Assembly (NCBI RefSeq): GCF_036321535.1
Contig: NC_087447.1
Location: 46,006,001-46,066,000 of the forward strand
Reading direction: 5' to 3'
DNA length: 60,000 nt
Source of the DNA: Camelus dromedarius
Lineage: Eukaryota
The notes below the pieces were generated by a model. The model was not told the DNA's origin. It searched no databases and saw nothing but the letters and a program-made list of their open reading frames with translations. A program made the position numbers and the translations under genes. Shown here one piece after another: positions 1 to 11,789 of the stretch (its first letter is position 1; every line of letters starts with the position of its first letter).

Positions 1-200
1 TCTGGAGTGCGCCAGCTCTATTGTAGATCTCATATGGGTTTTAAAAGAGGACCAAGGCCAGTGGGGAGGTGATAGGGACAGAATACCATAGCATAGTGGC
101 TATGGAGAGGAATGAGGCTGAGAGCAAACACAGGCTTGATGTCACCTAGGAGCTTAGGTTTTAACTTGCAGGACAGAAATCCTCTACTGTGTGTGTGTGT

Positions 201-376
201 TTTTTAATTGAAGTTACAATTAAAGTAACAGTGAAAGTAACAATGAAAAGTAACTGAAATTTGTAATGAAAAGTAACAATGGAAGTACAGTACAATTGAA
301 GTAACAATGTCAGTTACATGTGTCAATTTCTGGTGTACAGCATAATGTTTCAGTCATATATATACATGCTTATATG
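201..376 (-). mobile_element. Truncated L1 3' end with an internal minisatellite expansion
   Basis: Poly-T followed by AATTGAAGT...GTCAGTTACATGTGTCAATTTCTGGTGTACAGCATAATG, matching the other minus-strand L1 tails here (30650, 48025, 52595). Confidence 0.7.
208..320. repeat. Degenerate ~12-bp tandem repeat (TGAAAGTAACAA-like, about 8-9 units)
   Basis: Units read directly: TTGAAGTTACAA, TTAAAGTAACAG, TGAAAGTAACAA, TGAAAAGTAAC, TGAAAAGTAACAA, TTGAAGTAACAA. Confidence 0.8.
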
Positions 377-529
377 GATCCCAGGCAAATTCAGGGTGAG
401 AACTTGTCCTGCTGGGACTCAGACAGAAACTAGGATCCGAGGGAAAAAGAAACCTTAACAGATAATGCTGCCTCCAGATCAGGGTGAAATCAGGAAACAG
501 ACTTAGCAGGCTATAAAGAATTAAATAGA

Positions 530-951
530 GTGGAATCTAAAAAAATAATGACACAAATGAACTTAGTTACAAAACAGAAATAGACTCACAGACATGGAAA
601 ATAAGCTTATGATTACCAAAGGGAAAAGGAAGGGGGAGGGATAAATTAGGAGTTTGGGATTAACATATACAAACTACTATATACAAAATAGATAAACAAC
701 AAGGTCCTGCTGTTGTTATATATATATATTGTTATATATATATATTGAATATATATATATATATATGTTATATATATATATTCAATATATATATATATAT
801 ATATTCAATAGCTTGGAATAACCTGTAATAAAAATTAAAATGAAAGAGAATATATATATGATAACTTGACTCACTGTGCTGTACACCAGAAACAGACAAC
901 ATTGTAAATCAACTATGCTTCAATTTTTAAAAAAAGCAAAATAAAATAAAA
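530..951 (+). mobile_element. L1 3' UTR fragment (cetartiodactyl-type) with embedded (TA)n
   Basis: GTGGAATCTAAAAAA...ACAAAACAGAAATAGACTCACAGAC...GCTGTACACCAGAAAC...CATTGTAAATCAACTAT and an A-rich tail; (TA)n at about 716-803. Confidence 0.8.
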
Positions 952-1007
952 TTACATTTTTGTTAAAATGAAGATAAAAGACTGTCTAGTCAACATATGA
1001 CCAAGGT

Positions 1008-1060
<53 letters not shown>
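1008..1060. repeat. (AAC)n microsatellite, about 17 units
   Basis: Perfect AAC run read directly. Confidence 0.97.
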
Positions 1061-2303
1061 AGGATTAAATCAAGCACAAGGAGAAGGATTAGCTGATGGA
1101 GTGAGGTGTCCTTTTTCTCTCTCTCTCTTTCCCATTTTCTTGAGCTTTCCAATTTATTTTAATCGAATGTATGTAAAAGAGAAGAGTGATTTAATATATC
1201 CATAGGCATAGTGAAAAATAATTTCTTTAGACCAAATTAACTTTTACGTGGAAAAAAAGGACAAGGGTTAATGTAGTATTGCTGTGACTCATTTCCATTT
1301 GGAGACTTTATGTTTGAAGTGTTTATTCTTCATTCCATAAATCTGAGTCTGTGATTTATAAACACTGCCATCAGGAGAAAACGTAACACATTTTAAAGGT
1401 TTAATTTAGGAAAAATATGTGTATTTATTAACATATGATAAGTGGTTTCCTGTTCAGACAATTTTCTAATGACTCAGTTCTCGTAACTCCCAGTCTCCTC
1501 AAAAATAATGTGTTTATGACTTGGTTAGTCTCTTCAGAGGGTAGGTTCCTCCTCCAATGATAATCTTCCCCTGGTGCCACCAGTGTAGACTAGGCCTCCA
1601 CCAACTTCTTATGTCTTTTCAAGGTGGGAGGATTCCCAATTCTGGATCTGTTTCCTGTTCTATTCAGCTATGTGAGGGCTGTTGTGACAAACAGCCCCCC
1701 TCTTTGATGTGGCTTACACTGACTACTTGTATCAACGTGCATTTCTTCCTGACCCTGCCAGCTTTCATGGTGGAGATCCTCTTACTTCCACCCTAAAATC
1801 CTGTCCTTGTTATTAGTTCCAAACCCATAGAATCAACTGCTATAACTGCCTCTACTCTGCCAGGTCTGCTTTATCCTTACTTTCTTTTCTGTCAGCAACT
1901 GGAACCATGGATTTCTCCAAAGGTCAGTAAAAGATTGCCCCACAGTGGAAGCTCAAGTTCTCCAGCTGTCTCGTTATAGCCTGTTCTACTCAGAAATAAA
2001 TATCTGTTAGCACAATTGTTCTGAAAAAGCAGAAGGAATAAAGAAGATCGAGAACGGAAAGGATTATAGTGTCTTTTATCCAGGATTGCCTAGTATGCAG
2101 TATACCTGTGAAGTGTTCCAGGAGTAGAACTGGATGTCCCGCTGTCCTTAAACTGTGACATTAACTGTGTCATCTGCATTTAGAGGCAACGTGATATCCA
2201 GGAAGTGCACAGAAATTAGAATCAATAGACCTGTATCCAAATCTCAGGTTTTTTTCCTTAAGCAAGATATTTAAAATCCTAGTCCCTTAATTATTTCATT
2301 TCT

Positions 2304-2491
2304 TTTTTTTAACATTTTTTATTGATTTATAATCATTTTACAATGTTGTGTCAAATTCCAGTGTTCAGCACAATTTTTCAGTCATTCATGGACATATACA
2401 CACTCATTGGCACATTTTTTTCTCTGTGAGTTATCATAACATTTTGTGTATATATCCCTGTGCTATACAAAGTTGTAGAATAGATAAAGAA
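2304..2491 (-). mobile_element. Young 5'-truncated, 5'-inverted L1 insertion with 15-bp TSD
   Basis: AATTATTTCATTTCT at 2289-2303 and 2492-2506; poly-T; near-identical to the 38200 copy; short inverted segment at about 2473-2488. Confidence 0.88.
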
Positions 2492-2785
2492 AATTATTTC
2501 ATTTCTAAATTGGGATTATGAGTACTCATTTGAAAGAGCTATGGTTTGAGCTAAATAAAAGCATGAGCTTAAGAGCTAAATGCAGAACTTGAACAGAGTG
2601 GGTGTTCAGTGACCATTGCTGTTTTTAATGGTAGAGAAGAAACATGGGTCAATGTGGGGAAGAAAAGCAGCAGAGAGAACAACTAAATTAGACTGATCCC
2701 AGCAGAGAAATCTACTTTTAAGGAGAGGAAAGGAAAGCTCATCTTGAAAAAGTGAGGCAATTAAATTCAGGAAGAGTAGTCTCCA

Positions 2786-3708
2786 TCAAACATCTCCCAG
2801 TTTTGTTGGGAAGAGCTTGAGAATGGCCCTGTGGATTTGTTTAGTTGTCACATTGTATATGATGGTGTTCAGCACAGGGACCATGGGAATGAAAGTTGAA
2901 CAAGAGTGAGTGGACAGTTGATGAAGCCTGTGGAAAAACCCAGGGACAACCGAAAGAACACCCAGGAAACAGAGAAGACTACAGCTGCCCCAACGTGGGA
3001 GACGTGTGCTAAGGCTTTATTCAGTGCCTCCAAGAAAGTGACCTTGACTACAGAGCAGATGATTGGGATGTAGGAGAGGACAGCATATGGTGGATCAACC
3101 CTTGTGATCAGAGTGAGAACACTTAATCCTCCATACCTGTTCATCCTCGAATCAGAACATGCTACCTTAAGCACATCAGAGTGGAAGCAATAAGAATGAG
3201 AAAGGACATTGACTTTGCAAAATGACAGCCTCTTAATGAGAAAATGAGATGAACAGAGGCTGATGCACATTCTAAGGACAATTGATATTATCAATCTTTA
3301 GAATTGTAAAGTCTGCCACATGGTGGCTTATCAGAGGGATCTGCAGATGGCAGCAAAGCGGTCCAAGGTCCATGGCCATAGTCCTAAGTAGTGAGGGTTC
3401 TGTAAAGTCAGAGCTGCAGAGGAAGAAGAGCTGGATGATTCATGCAGCTAGGTGATTTTATGAGTGTTGAACGAAGGGACATTGAGGCATTGTGGAGAGA
3501 GACAGTGCCAGGTCAGCAGTGGACAGCATGGAGAGGAAATAAGACACGTGCTTATTAAGGCGTGGCTCTGGAATCACCACCAATAGGATCACACTGTGCT
3601 TAGAAGGAAGAAGGGAATTGAGAGCCAGATGTGGGAGGCCTCTCACCCAGGAAAATCTGTTCAAAGGAAGATTAAGAACTCTGATGTAATGTTTCTGAAA
3701 CAAGACAT
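2786..3708 (-). pseudogene. Decayed class I (OR51-family) olfactory receptor pseudogene
   Basis: Reading across frames gives MSCFRNITSEFLIFL*TDFPG*EASHIWLSIPF, YFLSMLSTADLALSLSTMP, SFCKVNVLSHSYCFHSDVLKVACSD, SHVGAAVVF and PVLNTIIYNVTTKQIHRAILKLFPTKLGDV*. It has multiple stops and frameshifts. Confidence 0.92.
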
Positions 3709-4354
3709 GGTGAGCTAGGGAGGCAGCACTCACTTTCACTGAACCCCCGTACTGCCCAGAGGAAGCCACACCCCAAATCTATCTGCCTGAGAGGTTGCTG
3801 AGCAGATTCTCTCCATCTGTAGAGCCAGATTGAGATGGGGTGGGGGGAGACACAGTAGCCCTCATAGATTTGGCTTCTAAGATACTTTCTACACTCATGT
3901 TACTGTCTCATCTATTTCACAACAGTTTTCTATCAGTTAGGTCTTACTGCCTTGCATTGATGGGAAAACTGAGAGGGAACAGGGATTGAGATAATGTTAT
4001 CCTGCTTAAGGAATCCCTTGAGCTACTCTCAAGTCCAGCTCATTTAATTGTCATCAGTTATGAGAGTCAGAGGCAGGAACCAGGCAGGACCCCTAAGATT
4101 TTGGAAGGACCGTTGGCATTACGTTCTGAATTGCCCAAACAACTGTCTCTCCTGTTGGAGTCAGATCCAGAATGCAGACAGAATCCCGATCTGCCTTCAT
4201 CTTTTTTGAGTCTCAGCTGTCATCTTTCCAGGAGCTTGGATCTGCAGCTCTGACTGTGCCTTCCTGTCCTGGAGACTAATACAGCCTGGCACTTCCATAC
4301 ATGCCCAAGCAGGGAGAGGAAATATGAGTGATTCTCCGGCTAGGGCTCTCTGTT

Positions 4355-4695
4355 GAATCCCAAGGAGCCTTGTTCCATTCCCTCAGGTCCATGAGGATCA
4401 GGGAGAAGCTTTGAGAAAAGTAATTAAAACACTTTATTGCCAGGTAGCAGGAAGTTGTCATTCTTAATACAGTTTTCCCAGGTGAATCCCTAGCACCTCC
4501 TGAATGAACTGGAGCCCTTGATCCAGATACATGTCCCTGAACGGATCTGTTAGAAGGTAAAGGAAACTAAACCATTGAGAAAGCAAATCCCAAGGGAGCA
4601 GGGAATGATTTTGAAATTTTGAGTAAACTTCTGAAAACTCTTTCTTGCACATTAGTATGATTATCTCCTGGTTCATTTGCCATCTCATGAGGCTC
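4355..4695. promoter_or_regulatory. Cluster of O/E (EBF)-like sites with a homeodomain core; candidate OR promoter
   Basis: Perfect TCCCAAGGGA at 4588-4597, TCCCAAGGAG at 4358-4367, TCTCATGAGG at about 4683, TAATTA at 4421. Lies between the divergent 2786 and 9042 loci. Confidence 0.5.
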
Positions 4696-5414
4696 TTTGT
4701 TTAGTTTAAAGTCACATTCTATTTGCAGAATTTGAAAGGAAAATATTTGGTAAGGAAATTGGAGATGTTATACACAGCTATTCCTGATTTACAACGATAA
4801 TCATCAAAATGCTAATTAAAATCATGTAATCTGGCTGATGATGACATACAACTGATAATTTGAAAAGTCTGAATTTCAAAAGCAGGTAAAGTATTATCAG
4901 AAAGAAAAAAATCTGTTAGTTAATCAGAAATACACACTAAGTCCAAAGAATGGTACAAAATATTGCATATTTCCCTACTGAGTGACCTTTCAGCTCATGA
5001 GGCCAAATAGATTTTGAAGAGTATCTTCATATTATAGTTTTTTTCCTCCTCTATATTTTACCCAATCCCATCAGCCCAAGTATTAAACTTTGTTCTGGCT
5101 GGTTCAGTAATTAAAGAGCATGAGTAGATCCTTAAAATGAATCAACTATTAAAGTCCCTAGTAATAGTGAACTTGGGTAGAATATCTACAAGATGAACAA
5201 ATCCTTGCTTACTCATTTAGATAGTTCCTCATACCATAAATCTGGGTGTATTACGTTTTTAAAAGTTCCTGTCTTCTAGGAGAAGGAGATAAAAAAAATG
5301 AAAGGAGTAAAGAAACCAGAAAATTCAGTTCTTGTTTCTTTTTTCAAACTAGCAATAAGAACAAATGACATTTATTTTTTTAGTTTTACTGTGTGTCAGA
5401 CCATATTAAACAGT

Positions 5415-5460
5415 ACACACACACACACACACACACACATACACACACACATATATATAG
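5415..5460. repeat. (CA)n/(TA)n microsatellite
   Basis: Read directly. Confidence 0.93.
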
Positions 5461-5884
5461 ATATATAATTTTATTTAAGCCACAACTAAAATATTTTAAA
5501 TACTTCAAGTGTAATGACAAAAATATCAGTTTTTAGAAAGTTCTACCCAGATAAGTCCCCCATTCATTGAACATCATCCATGGGTCAAGCACTGTGTTAA
5601 AATGTTGTACAGACTTTGTCTCAATCTTCATAATAGTCATATTATTATTCATATTTTATTATTGAGACAAGTAACATGCCCAATGTCACATAACTAGTGA
5701 TGACAGAGTTAAGATTTAAATATTAATCTGTCAAGATTTCAAAATGGTTGTACTTTCAAAATGAACTAATGAAGTGACAGCAAAAAAGGAAAATTATATT
5801 GTTTATATTTGTTGCTATTCCTTTGAAGTGTGCGCTCCATTGGATGTGATAAGGAGCAGTGACTAAGTGGAAAAAATTTCATAT

Positions 5885-6090
5885 TAAATTCAAGCTTTAC
5901 AGTTTACCAGCTGTATAAACTTGAGCATATTGCTTTAACACACTTGGACTTCAGTGTCCTCGTCTGTGTCCTCATCTGTTAAATGAGAATGATAATTATA
6001 AACAAATTGTATAGGATTATTTTGTGGATTAACTGATATAATTAAATATGAAAAGTACTTTGTAAAGTATATAACTCTTAACAAATGTTA
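5885..6090 (+). mobile_element. MIR SINE remnant
   Basis: CTTCAGTGTCCTC..TCTGTTAAATGAGAATGATAAT..ATAGGATTATTTTGTGGATTAA resembles the MIR core. Confidence 0.55.
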
Positions 6091-6299
6091 CATTTTTAAA
6101 TAACTCATATAGTCCATTCTTTCTTGGTGTTTTAAGCCTGATCTCCAATTAGCATCAGGAAAAGTGTCAGGAAAAGATGGTTAAAAAAGGAGACATCTGA
6201 GTTTTAGGTGCTCAAAGCAGTGTAGTGTGCCAGCAGCAGAAAGGGCACTTGGTTACCTTCAGAGTAACAGAGATATGACACATAAGAGTGAGGGCAAAA

Positions 6300-6915
6300 G
6301 ATGTATCTCAGTTATCTAATGCTGGAAAACAAACCTTTTCAAAACCCAAGAGCTAAAAAAAAATTATATTATTGCTTATGATTCTTTGGGTCAAGAAGTC
6401 AGTGGTCGGCGGGTGACTGGCATCAGTGGAGATGATTCACGCTCGTGCTCTGCTGGCATCTACCTGGGCTGAGGGATCCACAGCGGCCTGGACTACATGC
6501 CTGAGACCTTATGCTGGCTGTGGGTGGGTTCTGAATTAGCATCCTCTCACTGCTTAACAAATTACCATGCATTAGTATAAACTCTGTGGCTTAAAACAAC
6601 ACAAATGTATTATCTTACAGTTTTGGAGGTTAAGGTCTGAAATTAATCCTTTGGGATTAAAAAAAAGATTTCAGCAGAGTCTTAGTTCTTCTGGAGGCTC
6701 CAGGGGAAAATCTGCTTCCCCTCCTTTTCCAATTTCTAGAAGTTGTCTGCATTTCTTAGCTTGTGTCCTCTTCCTTACAAATCTCCAGTCTCTCCTTCCA
6801 TAGTCATATGTCCTACTCCAGCTCTGACCTGCCTGCCTCTTTCTTACAAGAACCCTTGTGATTGATTACACTGGGTCCATCTGGATAATCCAGGATAATC
6901 TCCCCATTTCAACAT
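6300..6915 (-). mobile_element. MaLR (MLT1-type) LTR fragments, probably two nested or adjacent
   Basis: AACAAATTACCA..GTGGCTTAAAACAACACAAATGTATTATCTTACAGTTTTGGAGG..GGAGGCTCCAGGGGAAAATC..GGATAATCCAGGATAATCTCCCCAT are MLT1 hallmarks. Confidence 0.75.
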
Positions 6916-9041
6916 ACTGAAACAAAAGTTGGATTAAGTAAATTTAATGTGTCTGTTTTCCTCATTCTTAGGCCTTGCTTTCAGAACAGGGCAGCACATA
7001 GTAAATATCTACCATTCGTACTACATTAAATTTGTCAACTAAAACGGGCACAAATGGATGAATTCATTAAGTCATAAAATATAGCATATAGTGGCTAATA
7101 AAAAATGAGTTAGGATTATTTCAGAAAATGCCCCCAAATTATATGTATTAAAAACTTGCTTTCATGATTTCCTCTGGCCTTTTTCTGTCCCTTTTTCTCC
7201 TTCTTTAATTCATGGAAAAATATTTACTAAGTGCTTACTTCCTTCTGTTAATGATTCTTTCTTTTAATGCACCATGAAAAGAATGAGAGGCTAAAGCAGG
7301 AACATTAGATCATATATGTAATAAATCTCTCCCTGTGCCCTCCTGTGTTAATACTCAGTTACAGTTACTTTGCTTCTTTCCCTTTCTCCTTCAGAGGGTG
7401 TAATCCACAGCAGGAAAGATCTGGTTAATGTCTGCACGAGAATGTTACTGTAATGGGGTTTTCCTCAAGTGTATGAAGCGCCTAAGGAAATCCATGCATT
7501 TTCTCTGGGATGGGTTAGGAGGCCCCACTGGGGCCAAGGATTCTGCTCTTAAGAAGTCAGTCATCTGGGAAAAAGCCATTTGAATGGCTCTTTGCTTCAT
7601 CCAGGAAGGGCTGAAATTGTAATCTCCCCAACCAAGCATCTCAGGAAGCAGTTCCATCAGCTTGGGAGTTTTCACTTCTGGTCTCTCTGATAGGGTCCTG
7701 TGAGGGCAAAGTAACTTCTTCCTCCAGTGAGTAGCAGGGTAAGGAGATGAAGAAAAGAGGAGAGGGTGTGGGGGGAAAGTGTTAAGGTCATGGGGAAGTG
7801 GGGAAAGTTGGAGTAGAAATTTGAAGGAGAAAGATTATCTCTTTTATGCCTTTCTAGCTTTTGTGGAATAGCGGGAAAGAAGATGGAAATAGGAGTGAGT
7901 GTTTGAGAAAAAAAAAAGTCCTTTAGCAACTCTCTAGAAGTTTAAAATACTAATGAGTATTGAAACTTTCCCCTGAAACTCAGAATCATGAAAATACTTC
8001 TTGGCCTCATTCATGCTGGAATGGGGAGACACACCAAGGACAGCAACTGCCAAAGGCCAAGGCTGCAGGGAGGGGAATGCAAAATTTAGGGGGACATCAA
8101 AACCTGCAGTAATATGAAAAGTAATATTTTAATCAAATTTTTTAATCCATGATCAATAAAACATCAAAAGTTTAAATAAAGACCAGTGCCACACCAAGTC
8201 ATATTACAGCCTCAGGCAAAAGAAAAAATATGAACCCCTAGTTTTAATGGAAGCAAGCTTATCAATAATATATTTTTAAATCTACTTTTTTGCTTATCTC
8301 ATTTTTCAATTGAGAAAACTCCTATATTGGAAAATTTCACTTGACTATGTGAGAATTCTAAATAATTTTTAATTAACTTTAGCTGAGGTAAAATAATTCT
8401 GTTATGGTATAAGTCAAATGTTTACACTTAAAATCATGTTGTAAGGTTTAACACAATTGATTTTCAATTTTTTCAATATTTTTTCATATTATGTGATTGT
8501 TCTAGAGAACATTAAATATTAAAAAATACATAAAAACATGTATAGAGGAGTGTACATTTTAAATTTTGCCTTAGACTCTAGTGTGGTTTGGCACAGTTCT
8601 GATCATTACATAGAGTTTCGGTGTTCTGTTTGTCATGGACTTTTTGCATTGGTTTTGACTTTTTAAAGTATTTCTTAAAAGTGCTCTTTACCCAATTGCT
8701 GAGTTTTTAGCACCTTCCTTATATTCCATAGCCAAGGCAAATGTCTTACTTTCAGCCCTGCTGTTCATAACATGTGACAAGCATGATATAGTAGAAAGAG
8801 TGAGAGCTTTGAATCAAAAGACTTGTCTTCTACTCTTGTTTAATGAATTAATGTAACCTACCTGAAACTTATCTGTAAAATGAAGATGACAAATAAGAGC
8901 TACCTCTAGCCCTATAAGGACTACATGATGTATAGTAATTAAACCAGTTATCAAAATATCTGCCAGAAAGTAGCTTTGACCCAATGAAATGTGTCATTGC
9001 AGGAACTTACTGAAGGGGAGTGCCATTTCATTCAGCCTACC

Positions 9042-9977
9042 ATGCTATCCGCTGGTAATTCCACTCCCCCAACTTTCTTCCTGACTGGAGTTCCAGGGCT
9101 AGAAGCTTTTCACATCTGGGTTTCCATCCCTTTTTGCTGCCTTTGCACTATTGCCCTCTTGGGGAACAGCACCATTCTGTACGTAGTGATCACAGACTCC
9201 AGCCTCCATGAGCCCATGTACTATTTCCTCTCCATGCTCTCCACCACTGACATAGGCATCACTGTTTCCTCTCTTCCCACAACACTGGGTGTCCTCTGGT
9301 TCAATGCTAGGATCATCAGCCTAGATGCCTGCATTGTGCAGATGTTCTTCCTGCATGGATTCACCCTCATGGAGTCCTCTGTGCTTTTGGCCATGGCTTT
9401 TGACCGCTTTGTTGCCATCTGCAACCCCCTAAGGTATGCTGTGATTCTAACCAACTCTAGAATTATCAAAGCTGGTGTGGTGATTTTTGTACGAATGCTG
9501 ATCATCCTGATGCCCTTGCTCCTGCTCCTTAAGGGGTTGTCCTTCTGTGGTCCTAATATGCTTTCTCACTCCTATTGCTACCACCCTGATGTGATTAAGT
9601 GTTCTTGCTCAAGTATCAAAGTTAACAGCATCTGTGGCTTAGTTGCTCTCATTCTGACATCGGGTATAGATGTTCCCTGCATTTTACTCTCCTATGTGCT
9701 GATCATAAAGTCCATCCTCAGCGTCGCCTCTCCAGAGGAGAGGCAAAAGGCTTTTGGCACCTGCATCTCTCACATTGGTGCTGTTGCCATCTTCTATATC
9801 CCCTGGGTCATCCTGGCTTTGGTACATCGATTTGGGCATAAAGCTCCTCCGTATATCCATACACTGATGTCAAATCTCCATTTCCTATTTCCCCCAGTGC
9901 TGAACCCTATTATATATAGTGTGAAGACCAAACAAATCCGTAAAGCTTTCTGCAGGCTGTTTCCAAACACAGACTAG
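9042..9977 (+). CDS. Intact class I olfactory receptor, OR51 family (311 aa)
   Basis: 7TM OR motifs LHEPMYYFLSMLS, MAFDRFVAICNPLRY, HSYCYHPD, KAFGTCISH, PPVLNPIIYSVKTKQIR. N-glycosylation site NST. The likely start is ATG 9042 (ACCATG), preceded by the acceptor TTGCAG at 9002. Confidence 0.95.
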   Translation: MLSAGNSTPPTFFLTGVPGLEAFHIWVSIPFCCLCTIALLGNSTILYVVITDSSLHEPMYYFLSMLSTTDIGITVSSLPTTLGVLWFNARIISLDACIVQMFFLHGFTLMESSVLLAMAFDRFVAICNPLRYAVILTNSRIIKAGVVIFVRMLIILMPLLLLLKGLSFCGPNMLSHSYCYHPDVIKCSCSSIKVNSICGLVALILTSGIDVPCILLSYVLIIKSILSVASPEERQKAFGTCISHIGAVAIFYIPWVILALVHRFGHKAPPYIHTLMSNLHFLFPPVLNPIIYSVKTKQIRKAFCRLFPNTD

Positions 9978-11789
9978 CCAGTTTGACCATGCAATGGTCT
10001 AGAGATAGTCTTCCTTCCTTCCTCTTTTCCTTCTTTCTTTCCATATTTTATTGAGTAACATTAGGCTTTTTCCTAGTTGTGGTAACTAATACAAAATCAC
10101 ATAAGAATATCCTTGTCCTCTCAAATAGTTCATGCAATCTACTGGAAAGGACATAAAATTAAATATATAATAACAACAATGGAGGTGAACTATTGTCACA
10201 TAATTATATCCAAGAGGCCATATAGACACTGAAGAAAATATCTAGATCATGTTGGAGACTTAAAGAATTCTTAAAGGAGGTGATTACTTGAACTAAGAAG
10301 AATATGTAACACATAAAAATGTGAAAACCTTCCAGGCCAAAGGTACAACGCTGTGAAGTCAATTAAATATAGATAGCCTGATACACGAAGGAATTGTATG
10401 TGGTTTGTATAGGTGGAGTAAGGGGTCTGTGTGATAGTGGAAGGGAGAAGAGAGGTTTTATGTGAGATTATGAAGTAATATTTGTGCTAGTCAAAGTTAA
10501 AATATGGAAGCTTAAAGAATGGTCAACTGGAACTGGGAAGTTTTATTAGATTCACTTTTAAGGAACATTCATTGTGCCCTGGAGAAAAACATTCTCCCTT
10601 TATTCTTCTGATTTGAGGTAACCTTCAAGAAATGCTATAGTCTTGTGTTGTTAGTTTGGACTACTTTGTAGTAGTCTTCACTCCCTTAATGCTAGGTAAA
10701 TTTCCCATCTGTCCTAGTTCATACATAGGGAGTCTGCAGTTCTGGTATTATGATCTAGTATTGTTGGACTTAAAATGGATTCTGTGATTCTAGTACAGGC
10801 TCAAATCCTTAAGTCCTCAAGAGAAGATAATGAAGATCACAAGATCTCAAGAGCTCAAAGTAGAAGACAGAATTGGTAGTAAAATTTAGTGACTTCTTGT
10901 CTCTACTGACAATATCCAGTTTCTAAATACACTCCCTTTTATCCCCTCACAAAAAATCCTCTAACATAAGATATAAGATATATGAAGGGAGGACAAAATT
11001 GGAGGAAGAGTATGAAATAATGCACTAAAGGAAAGATATTTTTTGTGCCTTATTCTATATCTTGTAGAAAAATTTACATCTCAAGGTGATGTGTATGTAG
11101 CTCGTTGAGTTTAAGAGCATAGTAGCATTTCTGAGCTTACTGTAAATATTAATTTTTTACTTTGTTAAATTTTCCCAAAAGTCGTAGTCAGATTGAACAG
11201 TGGTACATAGAGATGATAAATTAGTAGAACTGTAACATTAATTATGTACACTGATGTATTTATGTATTAATTATGTACTCTGATCAGCACCTGGCAGGTT
11301 CAGTACATACCTTACCTCACTTTCACCCTCCACAAGCGAAATCTCACCTTTTTATGTGTTTCTTTTCTGTCATAAAGTCTGCGTCCTCTTCTCCTTGCCA
11401 TTTCTTCTTCAACAAATAAAAAATTTGGAGATAAAGCTAAAACTGGGCTTATAGAGAAGATTTTAGTAGAAAATGCATATATTAGGAAATAAAAAGTCTG
11501 AAAACAAATTATTTAAGTATCTATCTCTAGAATTTAGGGGGAAAAAAGTTAAGAACTCCCCAGAAAGGAGAAAAATGAAACAAAATAGTAAATGTTAGTA
11601 CAAAAATTTATTTTAAAATTATCCAACAATAAATACGATTAAAAAGACAAAAATTAAAAGACATAAAAATAGGAAGGAAGAAAGAAGAAAGGAAAATGAA
11701 GAAAAGAATGAAAAAGGGAGGGAGAGAGGGAAGGGCAGGACAGAAGAAGGGAAGACAGACAGAAAGAAAACTGACAGAACAATTGGCTT

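Noticed and set aside
952..1152. Poly-Cys ORF
   Set aside because: It is the translation of the (AAC)n microsatellite on the minus strand, with no other coding evidence.
8991..9041. N-terminal extension of the 328-aa ORF
   Set aside because: It begins at a non-ATG codon upstream of a splice acceptor; ATG 9042 gives a normal OR N-terminus.
9221..9505. Antisense and alternative-frame ORFs overlapping OR genes (also 29559, 34519, 41528, 53328)
   Set aside because: These are shadow ORFs arising from OR codon composition and recur simply because the paralogues are similar.
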